Origin: a virus | DNA length: 64,000 nucleotides | Strand: one strand, 5' to 3' | IMG/VR virus record: IMGVR_UViG_3300027586_000003 | Coordinates: 32,001-96,000 of that record | In this document: in pieces, positions 23,601 to 32,355 of the stretch | Numbering within the stretch: position 1 is the first letter of the stretch | How the letters are laid out: every line of letters starts with the position of its first letter | Notes under the pieces: model-generated | The model's database searches: none | What the model saw: only the letters and a program-made list of their open reading frames with translations | Told to the model about the DNA's origin: nothing | Position numbers and translations under genes: made by a program

Positions 23601-25167
23601 CCATCATTAGCCGCGAGCCATTCTGAAAAACGATTCCCGTCGGCTTTACTAACAGGTGGTTTGCCCCGTCATAAGTATCTATGCCGTCGAAAATCACCAT
23701 CGTCCCCTTGGAATGGTCGGCGGATAGTTGCACGCCAAGTCCCCAACCCGAAAGCTCGGAGTCGTGGCCGCCAGTGGATTCGGCTATAGTGACCGATGCG
23801 TCGGCGGCCATTGCACCGCCTGAAAGTTTTAGGTATCTTGCATCACCAAGGCTGTTGAAGTCGGTGATTCCGTATCCGCTGATGGTGGTGGGCGTGCCAG
23901 TGAGAGTTGCCCACGCCTGCGTGCCTGTGTGGTTTGCGCGGTCAAGCAGGTTCCCCACAGTGCTGCCTCCGTCCGACACCAGCTTGCCGGTGGTTCCATT
24001 AAAAACCACAACCCGAAGATTTACTGCCGATGAAGGCCCAACAATGTCTCCGGCCCCGTCGCCGGTTGCCCAAACACCATCACCACGGAGGTATGTGTTT
24101 GATGTCGGCGTCCCAGTGCCAAGTCGCGCCACGGCAATCACTCCGCTCACAACGTCCGCAGCCGCGTGCGTGTGGCTTGCTGCCGCAAAATCACCAGCGG
24201 CATTGAGTGCGGCACTGCCAAGGCCCAAGGTCGTTCTCGCAGCCGTCGCGCTCGTCAGGTCGGAGAGATTGTTTGCAGCCGCAAGGTAGCTCGAAGTCGC
24301 CGCCGTTGCGATTGTGCCGAGTCCAAGATTGGTTCGCGCCGTGGACGCACTTGCCAAATCTGAAAGGTTGTTAGTTACCGCAAGGTAGCTGGAAGCCGCT
24401 GCCACCGCTATCGTTCCGAGTCCAAGGTTTGTCCGAGCCGTGGACGCGCTCGCCAAGTTAGAAAGATTGTTTGCCGCTGACAAATAATCCTCCGCCGCCG
24501 CCCTAGCCATCGTTCCGAGTCCAAGGTTTGTCCTCGCATCTGACGCGCTGGTTGCACCAGTGCCGCCTTTAGCTATCGCAATCGCTGTTGCAGACCAAAC
24601 TCCGGTTAAAACAGTGCCAAGCGTTGCAACTTGCGTTGTGCCAGTCCAAGTCGAAAGTGCGGTGTTTTCAACATCGCTAAGGCTCAGGTCGCTTTTGGTG
24701 AGCGATACTGCCCCGATGTAGCCGTTGACCGACGAAACTTTGTCGGTGTTGTCCACCTTCTGCCAAGTTGATCCGCTGAAGATAATCCAGTCGCCGACAG
24801 ACCAATCGCTCTCGCCGTCAATCGTGGTGGCTCCAGCAACCGATACCTTGTAGTAGTAACCTGCCGTTCCGGTTGCTGAAACGATGGCCGGGCTGTTCGT
24901 GTTGGCGTTCCAAGCTCCACGGTAGTTCAAACCGCCAAGTGCCGCCGCTGGCAACTGAGCCGTCGCAATTTTACCGTCAGCGTCAAGCCCGCATAGACCG
25001 CCAGCCACATTCCTTTGAGCCTCCGCTGGAAACTGAACCGATAAAACCTTCCCGTCGCTGTCGAGTCCGCAAATGCCACCAGCCACATTACGCTTCGCGT
25101 CAATGCGGGCATCAGCCTGCGTTGAAAAATCAAAAATCTGCCTAGCGAGCGGTTTGGTTTCAGCCAT
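17668..25167 (-). CDS. Long tail fibre protein (2499 aa)
   Basis: GLD.DGK repeats, YRGAWNA.TN.P module, NNLSDLASASTARTNLGLG repeats, multiple GNVGIGTTSP beta-helix repeats. Confidence 0.85.
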   Translation of the reverse strand: MAETKPLARQIFDFSTQADARIDAKRNVAGGICGLDSDGKVLSVQFPAEAQRNVAGGLCGLDADGKIATAQLPAAALGGLNYRGAWNANTNSPAIVSATGTAGYYYKVSVAGATTIDGESDWSVGDWIIFSGSTWQKVDNTDKVSSVNGYIGAVSLTKSDLSLSDVENTALSTWTGTTQVATLGTVLTGVWSATAIAIAKGGTGATSASDARTNLGLGTMARAAAEDYLSAANNLSNLASASTARTNLGLGTIAVAAASSYLAVTNNLSDLASASTARTNLGLGTIATAATSSYLAAANNLSDLTSATAARTTLGLGSAALNAAGDFAAASHTHAAADVVSGVIAVARLGTGTPTSNTYLRGDGVWATGDGAGDIVGPSSAVNLRVVVFNGTTGKLVSDGGSTVGNLLDRANHTGTQAWATLTGTPTTISGYGITDFNSLGDARYLKLSGGAMAADASVTIAESTGGHDSELSGWGLGVQLSADHSKGTMVIFDGIDTYDGANHLLVKPTGIVFQNGSRLMMGTTDLGIGANKGISLRCSIDYELNWQAGWLTAYGQDGTTEQDIWLRSSLAFGGNAAKTVGMNRHTTSDTAGNSLTMKAGGASNGATNKHGGWLTLSGGISTGTGVSGLAFSAAPGSSSGTADNAPIEAMEVTALRTWVRRLDIRSSAASFDLQIGSDETLTGHRKLAVFLGNANRELTVSGNSDINGNFSGTSSGTNTGDNSANSLYSGIITFPGFGTSGATACVGNDSRLSDARTPVGTALTSANILVGSGSNVAASVAVSGDVTITNAGVTAIGAGKVTNSMLDGSIANAKLSNSAVTIGSTAVSLGATAATVAGLTLTSPTINGGTFTGTPTAPTAIGGTNTTQIATTAFVGAAVSLAVTGLLELKGSADCSTNPYYPAGSVGDTYYVTVAGKIGGASGIVVDIGDTYICQTDNAGGTQSAVGASWFILEHNLVGALLSANNLSDVASASSARSNLGLGTLATQSGTFSGTSSNTNTGDVTLAGENYLSISAQVITAAAVNLSGTHVTGTLADARFPATLPALSGVNLTALNATNIASGTLPAARMPALTGDVTTVAGAVATTIANSAVSLAKMADVATASVFYRKTANAGAPEVNTLATLKTDLGLTGTNSGDQTTIVGITGTKAQFDTAVSDGNILYVGDAVTGVTGTAPVVSSGGTTPAISIPAATAAVAGHMTAAAMTKLDGIATGANLYVHPNHSGVVTSTADGATAIADAALSIAKTSGLQSALDAKQPLDAALTALAAGSDFVQFTGPITSTKIFTLPDASSTLLFSGGALGTPSGGTATNLTGTASGLTAGNVTTNANLTGDVTSVGNATTIGALKVTNAMLEGSIAYSKLVLTGEILDADLAGSIAASKLVGTDISTVGTLSAGEIPTTLLTGTITNAQLAGSIDLTTKVTGVLPIANGGTNASTDSGARTALGLGTIATAAATDYLPLTQSAIPTSFVDLLGNTRAAITKLNYTITGPVTNSTSTGLVEMVTVAATLGTGGSHNYYGKWIQTVVPATNSENLNAVYASLMYNYHYGTGTLQNCYGTYSLAAQALGAGAVTTLVGAIVNASAQASSGVTNQTGLHIAANRSTSVGGTTADRRAIHISALSSGGTITDTYGLYIGSQTAGTQTNLPFSIYSVDANAKMYHAGNVGIGTTSPGNKLSVNTPVAASEASVFITQDGSFNGKGLLVRRSAVAQVVAPVFAVEDSVGNAYFQVGADGSFSGSNGLSSGIFTIGQGGGGPYLKLNFNGGTKHYRLGTDDAQFYIHDEAAALRRLVISAATGNVGIGTTSPGAKLDISSSFPTVPIPLKVTDQSGYGIYIGNRNQLNFDYGLDADTTSGNSGGINYTGYNGGTTRFRSLTVFDGKQNAIAFFDGSTRKVGIGTASPGAQLQVNAGAAGTIGSIIKLAASATANALEVQNSSGTVLAKINSAGSLHIAISPPDNTGTVYGIRSVLTGGANNNLVAGYFSSIGASSNYGLMVVGAVDITGDTLVQGVINTRSTKSSTLGNLFVGENPTNGVYAAGNGGTIVFGGSTAGQGAVDTTFASIGGVKENSTYMNSLGALVFGTQSTTAGQSVLATVTEKMRITSSGNVGIGTTAPDKVCEINLGPSSALRLTYNDANGSATTYMDTTVSSVGLTTFTAAGSAPSFTFANAVAMAASKALTVATGDNYGLKFSGGGTIEEYSNYMVLSAPYTGFIFYSPQTGTNVLTTDNTSATFLIDVAMGAAKTFYWAGTGCSMTGPAALNLVAYQNFDFTTSGGSGRKVFTIENTGVIRSYYAYTNASNYQRFSINQTANSFTLAAETAGTGAANIDVIIAPAGTGKVGIGTTSPANTLHVFSSGFPARFEKSGGHNVQLANVSNSPYWQFLNSANNAVVAAGLDAASLNLGRGNVQIIGADAPATVTIPARLYVVGDGTNPAAIFNTGKVGIGITIPTSTLHVVGDSNLGGFIVSSAGLLTAGTVPVARITGLTNLEAIYNSMMN

Positions 25168-25168
25168 A

Positions 25169-26503
25169 TTACGCCTTCACATAGTCAATTTTAGGAGCAT
25201 CGCCAATTAGCGGAGCAGTTGAAAAAACAATGCCGCTGGTTCCTGACTCTGAATAGCTTCCTGCAACTCTTGACTGCCGAATTCCACGGATATAGACCGC
25301 CGTTGAACCTGCCTTGAAGTCGTAAGCCGTGGTGTAAATCGTGTTTGAACCGTCAACCGTTCCCGTCACAAGCTCGTCCGTCACCAGAGTCCCGTTTTCA
25401 CCGGATTCAATTAGGACGCCACGATAATTCATCACTAGCCCCTTGGCGTCGGTGAGTCCAATCAAGACCGGCTTGGATACCTGACCATCCGCCGCCGGTT
25501 CCGTGGTGGTAATAAACCCCGCTATATCCTCCGAAAGAAAGTAAACCGTTCCAGACTCAAGACCGGACACGCCACGAAGCAATCCGCCGTTGCGAACCAA
25601 GATAAAATCGTTTCCATCAACGCGCTCCACAATCCCGACAGCCTCCGCGTTCACAACAGAGTTCGCTTGCGCCTTTACGTAATTTGCTCCGTCAAACCGC
25701 ACCACATTCATCGCCGTCAACCCGTGACCGGCCTGCGTCACTGTCTGCCGGTCGCTAAAGTAGCGGGCGTCCAACTCATCCGCTGAAAGGTAAATGTCGC
25801 CTCGCAAAACCGCCGTAACCAGTGCGGCGGGAGTTCCGTGAAGCGTGATGGTTCCGCCCTGAGCGTCCAGCACGCCGCTTGCGGTCAACGTCTCAGCCCC
25901 GTTCGTAACGGTGACCTCATTCGCTCCAAAGGCGATGCGATACGCCTTACCCATCGTCACCGAAACCGCGTAGTCTCCCGCGCCGTCATACACTGCCCCA
26001 ACTCCAATCAGGTTCCCGCCTTGAACCGGATAGTCAGAGTCTTTTGGGGTGCCGGGGTTAAAAACTGTGACGGTTGCGTAACCAGCAATAATCCACTTTC
26101 CAGACGTAGTGCGAAGCGAGCAAACGAGGAAGTAGCTTACGCTCACTTCACTTCCTAAATCAAAGTTTGTTTCGCTGTGTGGAAACTCAAAAACGCAGTG
26201 TTGAGCTATCCCGGCCTGCCAGTCCGCCAGCGTAACGGTTCCAACAATTCCACTAGCATCAACGGAGGCTGTCGCCAGCGCAGCCCCAGAGCGATTTGAA
26301 GTCGGCATGATTTCGATTTTAGCCGACTCGTAAATCGAAGCGTCAACCATCGCGTCGTTGAATGAGAAGCCGCATTCAAAACGCCAGTCGGTCTGCCGCC
26401 ACAAATCAACCCCCTTGCGCGTAATCTCATCACGACTGTCCGCGACGCTGTTCATTGAGAACATCAACCGAACTCTCTCACTGGTGTAAAATGGGGCTGG
26501 CAT
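25169..26503 (-). CDS. Tail/baseplate-associated structural protein
   Basis: 444 aa; QAGHGL...YVKAQAN...EAVGIV module and C-terminal GTVDGSN..YT...GIRQ pattern common in fibre-anchoring proteins. Confidence 0.6.
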   Translation of the reverse strand: MPAPFYTSERVRLMFSMNSVADSRDEITRKGVDLWRQTDWRFECGFSFNDAMVDASIYESAKIEIMPTSNRSGAALATASVDASGIVGTVTLADWQAGIAQHCVFEFPHSETNFDLGSEVSVSYFLVCSLRTTSGKWIIAGYATVTVFNPGTPKDSDYPVQGGNLIGVGAVYDGAGDYAVSVTMGKAYRIAFGANEVTVTNGAETLTASGVLDAQGGTITLHGTPAALVTAVLRGDIYLSADELDARYFSDRQTVTQAGHGLTAMNVVRFDGANYVKAQANSVVNAEAVGIVERVDGNDFILVRNGGLLRGVSGLESGTVYFLSEDIAGFITTTEPAADGQVSKPVLIGLTDAKGLVMNYRGVLIESGENGTLVTDELVTGTVDGSNTIYTTAYDFKAGSTAVYIRGIRQSRVAGSYSESGTSGIVFSTAPLIGDAPKIDYVKA

Positions 26504-26505
26504 AG

Positions 26506-26952
26506 TTATTTGGGGTCAGGGATGAGAACCGAACTTGACGGTTTCCCGCCAACAAATGCAAAAGTGGAGATGGTGGTTGCTCCAATAATTTTAACTTGAG
26601 TGTTCGTGAAGCCGCCTTTGATGTAAGCCCACTGAGAGCCATTCGGAGCGTCATCCACATTTCCCTTCCATAAGACTCCAACTCCAGACGTGCCAACCGC
26701 AAGCAGCATCGCGTGCGTGTTCGCGTCGGCTCCGGTGGCGTGAAGTTTTGTTACCACAAAGCCAATTTCGCTTTGATGGTTTCCACGGTTGAAAACCTTA
26801 ACTTCGCTGGCGTAAGTCGGCTGGAAAATATCCAGCACGTTCTTTCCACCAACTCCGGTCAGTTGCAGGGCGTCAGCGTTGCCGCAGATTTCAAGCTCCG
26901 CAGTAGTTGGCGGAGTAGCTGAACTGGTCGCATATCTGAACAAGACAAGCAC
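26506..26952 (-). CDS. Hypothetical tail protein
   Basis: 148-aa ORF directly downstream of the tail tube gene. Confidence 0.55.
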   Translation of the reverse strand: MLVLFRYATSSATPPTTAELEICGNADALQLTGVGGKNVLDIFQPTYASEVKVFNRGNHQSEIGFVVTKLHATGADANTHAMLLAVGTSGVGVLWKGNVDDAPNGSQWAYIKGGFTNTQVKIIGATTISTFAFVGGKPSSSVLIPDPK

Positions 26953-26973
26953 ACACGCAGGCTGTTGTTAAGT

Positions 26974-27951
26974 TTACACTGTCCCTATGACGAACAGTGG
27001 ATCGGGAAGACCAGCGGTGAAATTCCGCGTTGCCACAAACGAGAGTCCGCCGATGCGAGGCGTTGCCGCGCCGAACGCCATGCCGCCCTGCTTAATGGCA
27101 GCTTTGGTGATCGTCACTTTGGGGTCGCCAGCTACGTAGCCTCCAATTACAAGGTCGTTACCAGCAGCAGAAAAGCTTCCGCCGCGCTTTGTAGTGGTTT
27201 CCTGAAGCCCGGTTGCGACAAGAAGCTGCGCCTCCGTTAAGCCAAGCGGCATACAGCTTGCCGACGCATTCAAGTCGGCGAAAACCATGTCTACCACACC
27301 CAGTTCGTCCGTCTCAATCGGCTTCAAGGACATATCGAAGCTCACTTTGAACCCGTTGGATGAATTGAAATTAGTAAAACCGGCCACCGTTCCCCACGTC
27401 GCTTGGTAGCCAACGGTTTTAATGTCGGTGAGCAATAGGGTGCCAAGGTCGGCATCAGTGAACGCGCCTGCGGCTATTGTCATCAAGTTGTTGGCATCGT
27501 TCCAGTCCGTGTTGTCTTCACCGATTCCAGTGAACGTGACCGAGCCGATAGAAGTCTTCGTAGCGGACAACTCCAAGTCAGGCATTTTGGTGATAGCGGC
27601 GGACTTGAGCGTAATCACAGTGCCAGCAAGCGTGTTAATGACTAGCGGAAAGTCCGTGCCTGAGTTGGGCGTGGCGTAACTGGCCGGGTGGAAGATTGAT
27701 TTTCCGAGCCGCATTGCAGAGAACGGCCAAAGCACGTTAATGAAGTCTGTCGTAAGCGCACCAACCGGGGTGAACGAAACCTCTACCTTGCGGGCGGTAA
27801 TACGCTCGTCCAGCTTGCCGTGCGCGGAGGACTCCACGTTGAACGTGTCAAGCGAAGTGGAAAGCTGAATGTCATCCTTGGCGAAAAACTTCTGGCCGCG
27901 ATACGTGACCATCGCTGGCCCTTTGATGATATTATTGCGGATAATTGGCAT
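26974..27951 (-). CDS. Major tail tube protein (putative)
   Basis: Start corrected to ATG 27951 (MPIIRNNIIKGPA...); beta-rich, 325 aa, located after neck/terminator genes. Confidence 0.65.
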   Translation of the reverse strand: MPIIRNNIIKGPAMVTYRGQKFFAKDDIQLSTSLDTFNVESSAHGKLDERITARKVEVSFTPVGALTTDFINVLWPFSAMRLGKSIFHPASYATPNSGTDFPLVINTLAGTVITLKSAAITKMPDLELSATKTSIGSVTFTGIGEDNTDWNDANNLMTIAAGAFTDADLGTLLLTDIKTVGYQATWGTVAGFTNFNSSNGFKVSFDMSLKPIETDELGVVDMVFADLNASASCMPLGLTEAQLLVATGLQETTTKRGGSFSAAGNDLVIGGYVAGDPKVTITKAAIKQGGMAFGAATPRIGGLSFVATRNFTAGLPDPLFVIGTV

Positions 27952-27962
27952 ATTTTTTTTAG

Positions 27963-28685
27963 TTAAGTGAACACTGCACGAACAACATCGCTTGCAATCC
28001 AGCCTGCTTTGAACGCGCAAGCTCGTATGCTTTTTGAGTTCGTAACAGAAAAAGGAACGCTGTAAAGAGAAGAGTTCACATTCCCGGCATAGGGATGCGA
28101 GCCGTCCATAGTGTAATAAATTGCCGCCCCGGACGTGCTACAAGTCAGCGTCACGGTCTGAGGTGCAGCCCCCTCTTTTGGACTGGCTACCGGCTGCGAC
28201 ACTTTTAGGTAGGGTTCGCTGTCCGCTTCGTCCGTCTCAAACCTTACCTCGAAAGCGACTGGGGCCAAAGGGTCGTCCACAGGGATGATGCAACTCGACA
28301 GCGGTCGGAACGGCTGGCCGAAGCCATGCGGGCGGAAACCTGCAAGCAAGTCGAACAGTCGGCGCACGATAGCCGTAGCTGACATCAGTGTGCCGGTTGC
28401 GCCTTGATTCACCACTGGGTCTTCCAGCACGCGAAAGGCAAGCCCGATGGTCAATGGCGCACCCGGAACCCCAATCAGTCCGGGGTCTAGCTTCGCCGTC
28501 GGGGCCAGCACGATGATGCACGCGCCCACCTTGCTGCCGCGCTCGTTAAACGTGCCGAGCGAGGAAACCACATCATTCAGAATGTCGCCTTTGCGCTGAT
28601 TGATGACCGCCACCTGAGCAAGTCCGGCGTCAGCAACTACCCGGTAGTAGCCTTCATCTTGAAGATTTGTAATGCTGTCACTCAT
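27963..28685 (-). CDS. Tail terminator-like protein fused to a C-terminal FN3-associated/CHB_HEX_C-like domain
   Basis: Position before the tail tube; C-terminus VTL.CST.GAAIYYT.DGS.P....Y..PF......IRA.AFKAGW..S. Confidence 0.6.
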   Translation of the reverse strand: MSDSITNLQDEGYYRVVADAGLAQVAVINQRKGDILNDVVSSLGTFNERGSKVGACIIVLAPTAKLDPGLIGVPGAPLTIGLAFRVLEDPVVNQGATGTLMSATAIVRRLFDLLAGFRPHGFGQPFRPLSSCIIPVDDPLAPVAFEVRFETDEADSEPYLKVSQPVASPKEGAAPQTVTLTCSTSGAAIYYTMDGSHPYAGNVNSSLYSVPFSVTNSKSIRACAFKAGWIASDVVRAVFT

Positions 28686-29227
28686 GCTAACGCCTTCCCA
28701 ACTGCATCGTTAATTACTTCTTCAAACCGGTCAGCAGACGGCACCACTGCCGGGTCGCCAGCCTGTCGGACTGACTCTTTCATCACGAACATTCGCCTAC
28801 CTGTCATTGGTTCAGCCAAGGCCACCATGCGTGGGCTGCCGTTGATGTAGCGGATGACCGGCTCAAGATTCATGCTGCGCGGTGACTTGCCGTGCGCAAG
28901 GGCGTCAACCGGGATAGCGAGGTAGCGGCCATTTTTCGCAGTGATTACACCGCCGTAAATCCGCTGATTCACGCCCGGCCCGGTCGTCGTGACTCTTGCC
29001 CCCTCCTGCGTTTCAGAGGCCACCGTGTTTCCAGCGAGCTTTTGGTAATAACCAGTCGTAGTCCCGCCCAACTTGTTTGGGTGCGAGCCTCCGTAGCTGA
29101 CCAAGTGCTGCTTTATCTCATCCCTAACTGCCTTCGCTGCAATCATCGCAACCGCCTTCGGATTGAGCTTAGATTTGACGCGCTCAATCTCGGCGAGAAT
29201 GTCACCCTTGATGGTGATGGTGGTCAC
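28682..29227 (-). CDS. Neck/virion morphogenesis protein
   Basis: GTG 29227 start; YGGVITAKNGRYLAIP motif typical of Mu gpG/gpS-like neck proteins. Confidence 0.6.
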   Translation of the reverse strand: MTTITIKGDILAEIERVKSKLNPKAVAMIAAKAVRDEIKQHLVSYGGSHPNKLGGTTTGYYQKLAGNTVASETQEGARVTTTGPGVNQRIYGGVITAKNGRYLAIPVDALAHGKSPRSMNLEPVIRYINGSPRMVALAEPMTGRRMFVMKESVRQAGDPAVVPSADRFEEVINDAVGKALA

Positions 29228-29232
29228 GATAA

Positions 29233-29664
29233 CTACACTGTTCGCGGCCCGAACTTGGCATCCAACTCTTTCAGATACGCCTCCATCTCCGGTGACTGCT
29301 CCCACACCGTCCCGTCATCCGGCACAAGGCGGCGGTCAACATCCTTCGGAAACTGCGTGAAGCTCGCTACGTCATTCGGCGTTGGCAACAATTCGACAGC
29401 CCGCGCCGGGTCATCCATCGGCACCACGGACAGATTGTAGTTTCCGCACAGCCTGATAAGGCTGTCGCAGAACAACTCCGGCTCGTCGGTGATGTCCACG
29501 CTCCGCTCGCTCTCCGGGTCAAAAAAGTCCTGCTTGACGACCATTTCCGTCGCGGCGGTGTCCGTCCAGCGCATCCTGCCGTCCGGCAGAAACTCAATCT
29601 CACCAGCCCAAATTCTCGCCTGTGTTTCACGCGAAAACTCCTGAATTTGAATGTGACGGCTCAT
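29233..29664 (-). CDS. Acidic hypothetical protein translationally coupled to the kinase gene (candidate immunity/partner)
   Basis: ATGA overlap at 29661-29664; Asp/Glu-rich, 143 aa. Confidence 0.55.
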   Translation of the reverse strand: MSRHIQIQEFSRETQARIWAGEIEFLPDGRMRWTDTAATEMVVKQDFFDPESERSVDITDEPELFCDSLIRLCGNYNLSVVPMDDPARAVELLPTPNDVASFTQFPKDVDRRLVPDDGTVWEQSPEMEAYLKELDAKFGPRTV

Positions 29665-31355
29665 GGTGCTCTCAGTCTAGCAAGGAAATTATCCGCATCT
29701 TTCGTCCCATGCGCCGACTTGCGCATCGCCTTGAAAAAAGTCGGGTTTGCGCCGCCGCTGGCATGAAGCATGGGTTGCAGATTAGCCGCACGCTGTTTCA
29801 TTGTCGAGACTGAACCGGGCAACAATCCATGCGTTGCTCCAAAGGTGTCAAGCCACGTTGCGAATTCTGGAGAATTTACTTTTCTTGAAAGCTCTGAAAC
29901 TCTCCGGTCTGCCGCTGCATCCATCTGAACCTCGTGCGCAAAAACCATCGCCGTAGAGACGTTGCCCCCAACAAGCCCGGTGTGCTCGTAGGTGTGGTGG
30001 CTCTCTGGCAACGTCAATCCGTGGTCAATTGGATGAAGCCTTCCAACCTTGTCAACCATCATGTTGCCACTATGTCGGTCAGTGTTTCCAGTGATGTAGT
30101 CAAGCACTGCCAACTCCGCCAACCTAGACTTGTCATTATCCCAAAGTTTCGGCCAAAACTTCTTTGCGCGAACCTCATCCCCGTAAGCGTTTTTGGTAGG
30201 CACTGAATCAGGATCGAAGTCAATCAACGATTGCAGTGAGCCTTTCTTGCCGTCCACTATCACCATCGCTGTTATGGAATGCTCAATCCCAAGTTGTTTT
30301 GCAATATCGTAGGAGGCAACCTCACGCTTCGCGCCGCTAACTGCACGATCATCAATGTTCGATCTGGCACCCTTACCTTCACCCGATTCCGGCTTGAAGA
30401 CGCCTTTCGTAACGGTTCCGTCGGCTGCGGTAGCCTTCAGAATGAAAGACTGGCTGTAGTTTTGCCTGCCGCCCAACTTGTCCAATTTTCTTGTGGTTGA
30501 AGTTGCAATATCGCCCGCCACTTTCTGCTGTTCGGCGTGAATGTTGGATTGGAAATTTCCGGGTGTGACTGGCGCAATTGGCTGCGCTGCCGGGGCGGCT
30601 TGGGCTACGGGGGCCACGGGGCGCATCGAATTTCGCTCCATGTGCGCTATCACGTCCTGCTGCCACCTTTTAATCCGTGGGGCAGCACCGTTCAGATTCA
30701 CGCCGCGCACAGCAGCCACGTCGTTGCGATAAATCGCCTGATTGATTGCGGCGATTCCAGCCCTTCCGATTGGTGCGTGTGCCTGTGGCCTAATGACTGG
30801 CGCACGCGGTGGCAGATGTTGCGCCGCTGCTTGCCGTGCAATAATCGCCGCTTGGCCTCGCAACGGGCCAGCCGCCGGGGGTTGCACTGCTGCCTGCCGT
30901 GCGATGTCCGCCGCGATTTTAGCGTCACGGACGGCCTGTGCGTTGGCTTCGGCGGCACGGGCGTTGTGTTCGGCCACAATGACCGCCCGGCGGGCGTCCT
31001 CTGGCGACGGAACTGGCAATGGGGCCGGTCGCTGAATCGCCGGGCGTGCGGCCTGCGGCGGTGGAGCCGTGTCCGGTCTGCCGGGGAGCGCACGGCGAGG
31101 GGGCCACTCGGCTGACATCGGATTCGGTTTCTCAACATCCGCCACCCGTTGCAGCCTGCCGCCGACCTTGGCGTAGTGCTTCCTGCCAAACTTGGGTATC
31201 TTCCCAATATCGCCTTGATTACCAGCCCCAGCCCCGACGTGGCACTTCAGGTCGCCTGCGATGAATCCGTCGCCGCACGCCTTACCACCACGCACACGGG
31301 CGTTTGCCAGCGTGCGTGCCGTGCGAACAATCTCGGCGTATGCTTGGTTGAGCAT
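29661..31355 (-). CDS. CG-tag cargo protein with C-terminal PI3/PI4-kinase-like (HipA-like fold) domain
   Basis: GVFKP, REVASY, GSLQ, LDYITGNTDRH.GN, IDHGL motifs; start set at MLNQAYA (31355) by identity to the N-terminus of the adjacent paralog. Confidence 0.8.
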   Translation of the reverse strand: MLNQAYAEIVRTARTLANARVRGGKACGDGFIAGDLKCHVGAGAGNQGDIGKIPKFGRKHYAKVGGRLQRVADVEKPNPMSAEWPPRRALPGRPDTAPPPQAARPAIQRPAPLPVPSPEDARRAVIVAEHNARAAEANAQAVRDAKIAADIARQAAVQPPAAGPLRGQAAIIARQAAAQHLPPRAPVIRPQAHAPIGRAGIAAINQAIYRNDVAAVRGVNLNGAAPRIKRWQQDVIAHMERNSMRPVAPVAQAAPAAQPIAPVTPGNFQSNIHAEQQKVAGDIATSTTRKLDKLGGRQNYSQSFILKATAADGTVTKGVFKPESGEGKGARSNIDDRAVSGAKREVASYDIAKQLGIEHSITAMVIVDGKKGSLQSLIDFDPDSVPTKNAYGDEVRAKKFWPKLWDNDKSRLAELAVLDYITGNTDRHSGNMMVDKVGRLHPIDHGLTLPESHHTYEHTGLVGGNVSTAMVFAHEVQMDAAADRRVSELSRKVNSPEFATWLDTFGATHGLLPGSVSTMKQRAANLQPMLHASGGANPTFFKAMRKSAHGTKDADNFLARLRAP

Positions 31356-31364
31356 TTTTTGGAA

Positions 31365-31390
31365 ATTAACTAAGCCGCTTGCCATGTCAA
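31365..31390 (-). promoter_or_regulatory. Candidate late-type promoter TTGACA-N14-GTTAAT
   Basis: Shared motif and spacing; ATG follows within 10 nt. Confidence 0.45.
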
Positions 31391-31416
31391 TAGCGATGCT
31401 TTTTAGTTTGCGGCAA

Positions 31417-32355
31417 CTATGTCACCATGCGACTGACTCTTGCAGCCGCCCATGTTTGCCCCGCGTCTCCGCCCCACAATGCCCACGCAATGCGGCCTGC
31501 GGAGGGAAAGCCATCTTCATTAGGCGTAAAACCTTGCCCCTTTTTATCAACTTCGTGTCGCGCAAAAAACGAGTGCATCCGCTTAACGGTGTCGTCGGAA
31601 AGATTTGATTCGTTGCTAATGTCCCTAGCGCGAGCAACCCCGACCTCGGTTCCTCCTCGGTTGTGTTCTCTGCGCCAAGCCAGACCGCGAGCGGCTTCCT
31701 CAATCATGTCTTTGCTCGGCTTGTTCTGAGATTTCTCAAACTCGGCAGAGTTGTTGAATGACTCGCCGCACGGTTGCCCGCTGTTCGCCAAGGCAACCGG
31801 CCCGTCGCACGCCGCCATCAATTCATCGAAGCTGAACTTGCCACGGTTCCGTAGCTGAACGTCCCGCTCAGTGACGCCGCCGACCAAGTTCTTAACCTGC
31901 TTGGCGAAGTGCAACATCTCGTCGAATCCGCGACTCGCCGCGTCCTTGATTGAGTCGTAGCTGTTGTGGAACATGGCTTTTGGAATCTCGTCCACGACCT
32001 CTAGCAGCGTCGCCCTGAACGTCTTCTCCATCTCTGGAATGGTGAACGTCTTTTGATGCTCGGCCAGCACTGCCTCTGGATTCTGTTCGTAGGCGAACCT
32101 CGCCCCGGCCCGCGTGTTCTTGCTCGCCACGACCATGAAAACCCGCTGCGTGCCGCTGGCGTCCTTTGCCTTGAACGTGACCGCCGCCATTCTGGCTGTC
32201 TCAGGCACGTCCACTCCGAGTTTGTCGCCCTGACCGGCGTGGCACTCTTTGTCCGCTGCTATGAAGCTGTCACCGCACGCCTTACCACCACGCACACGGG
32301 CGTTTGCCAGCGTGCGTGCCGTGCGAACAATCTGGGCGTATGCTTGGTTGAGCAT
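31417..32355 (-). CDS. CG-tag two-module head-associated protein
   Basis: One full and one partial tag; C-terminal RGLAWRRE.NRGGTEVGVARARD...KRMHSFFARHE...IAWALWGGDAG domain seen in phage head-region proteins. Confidence 0.7.
   Translation of the reverse strand: MLNQAYAQIVRTARTLANARVRGGKACGDSFIAADKECHAGQGDKLGVDVPETARMAAVTFKAKDASGTQRVFMVVASKNTRAGARFAYEQNPEAVLAEHQKTFTIPEMEKTFRATLLEVVDEIPKAMFHNSYDSIKDAASRGFDEMLHFAKQVKNLVGGVTERDVQLRNRGKFSFDELMAACDGPVALANSGQPCGESFNNSAEFEKSQNKPSKDMIEEAARGLAWRREHNRGGTEVGVARARDISNESNLSDDTVKRMHSFFARHEVDKKGQGFTPNEDGFPSAGRIAWALWGGDAGQTWAAARVSRMVT

Noticed and set aside
31355-32355. Paralogous starts exactly 1000 bp apart
   Set aside because: Probably coincidence; both ORFs are intact and the copies differ by a substitution.
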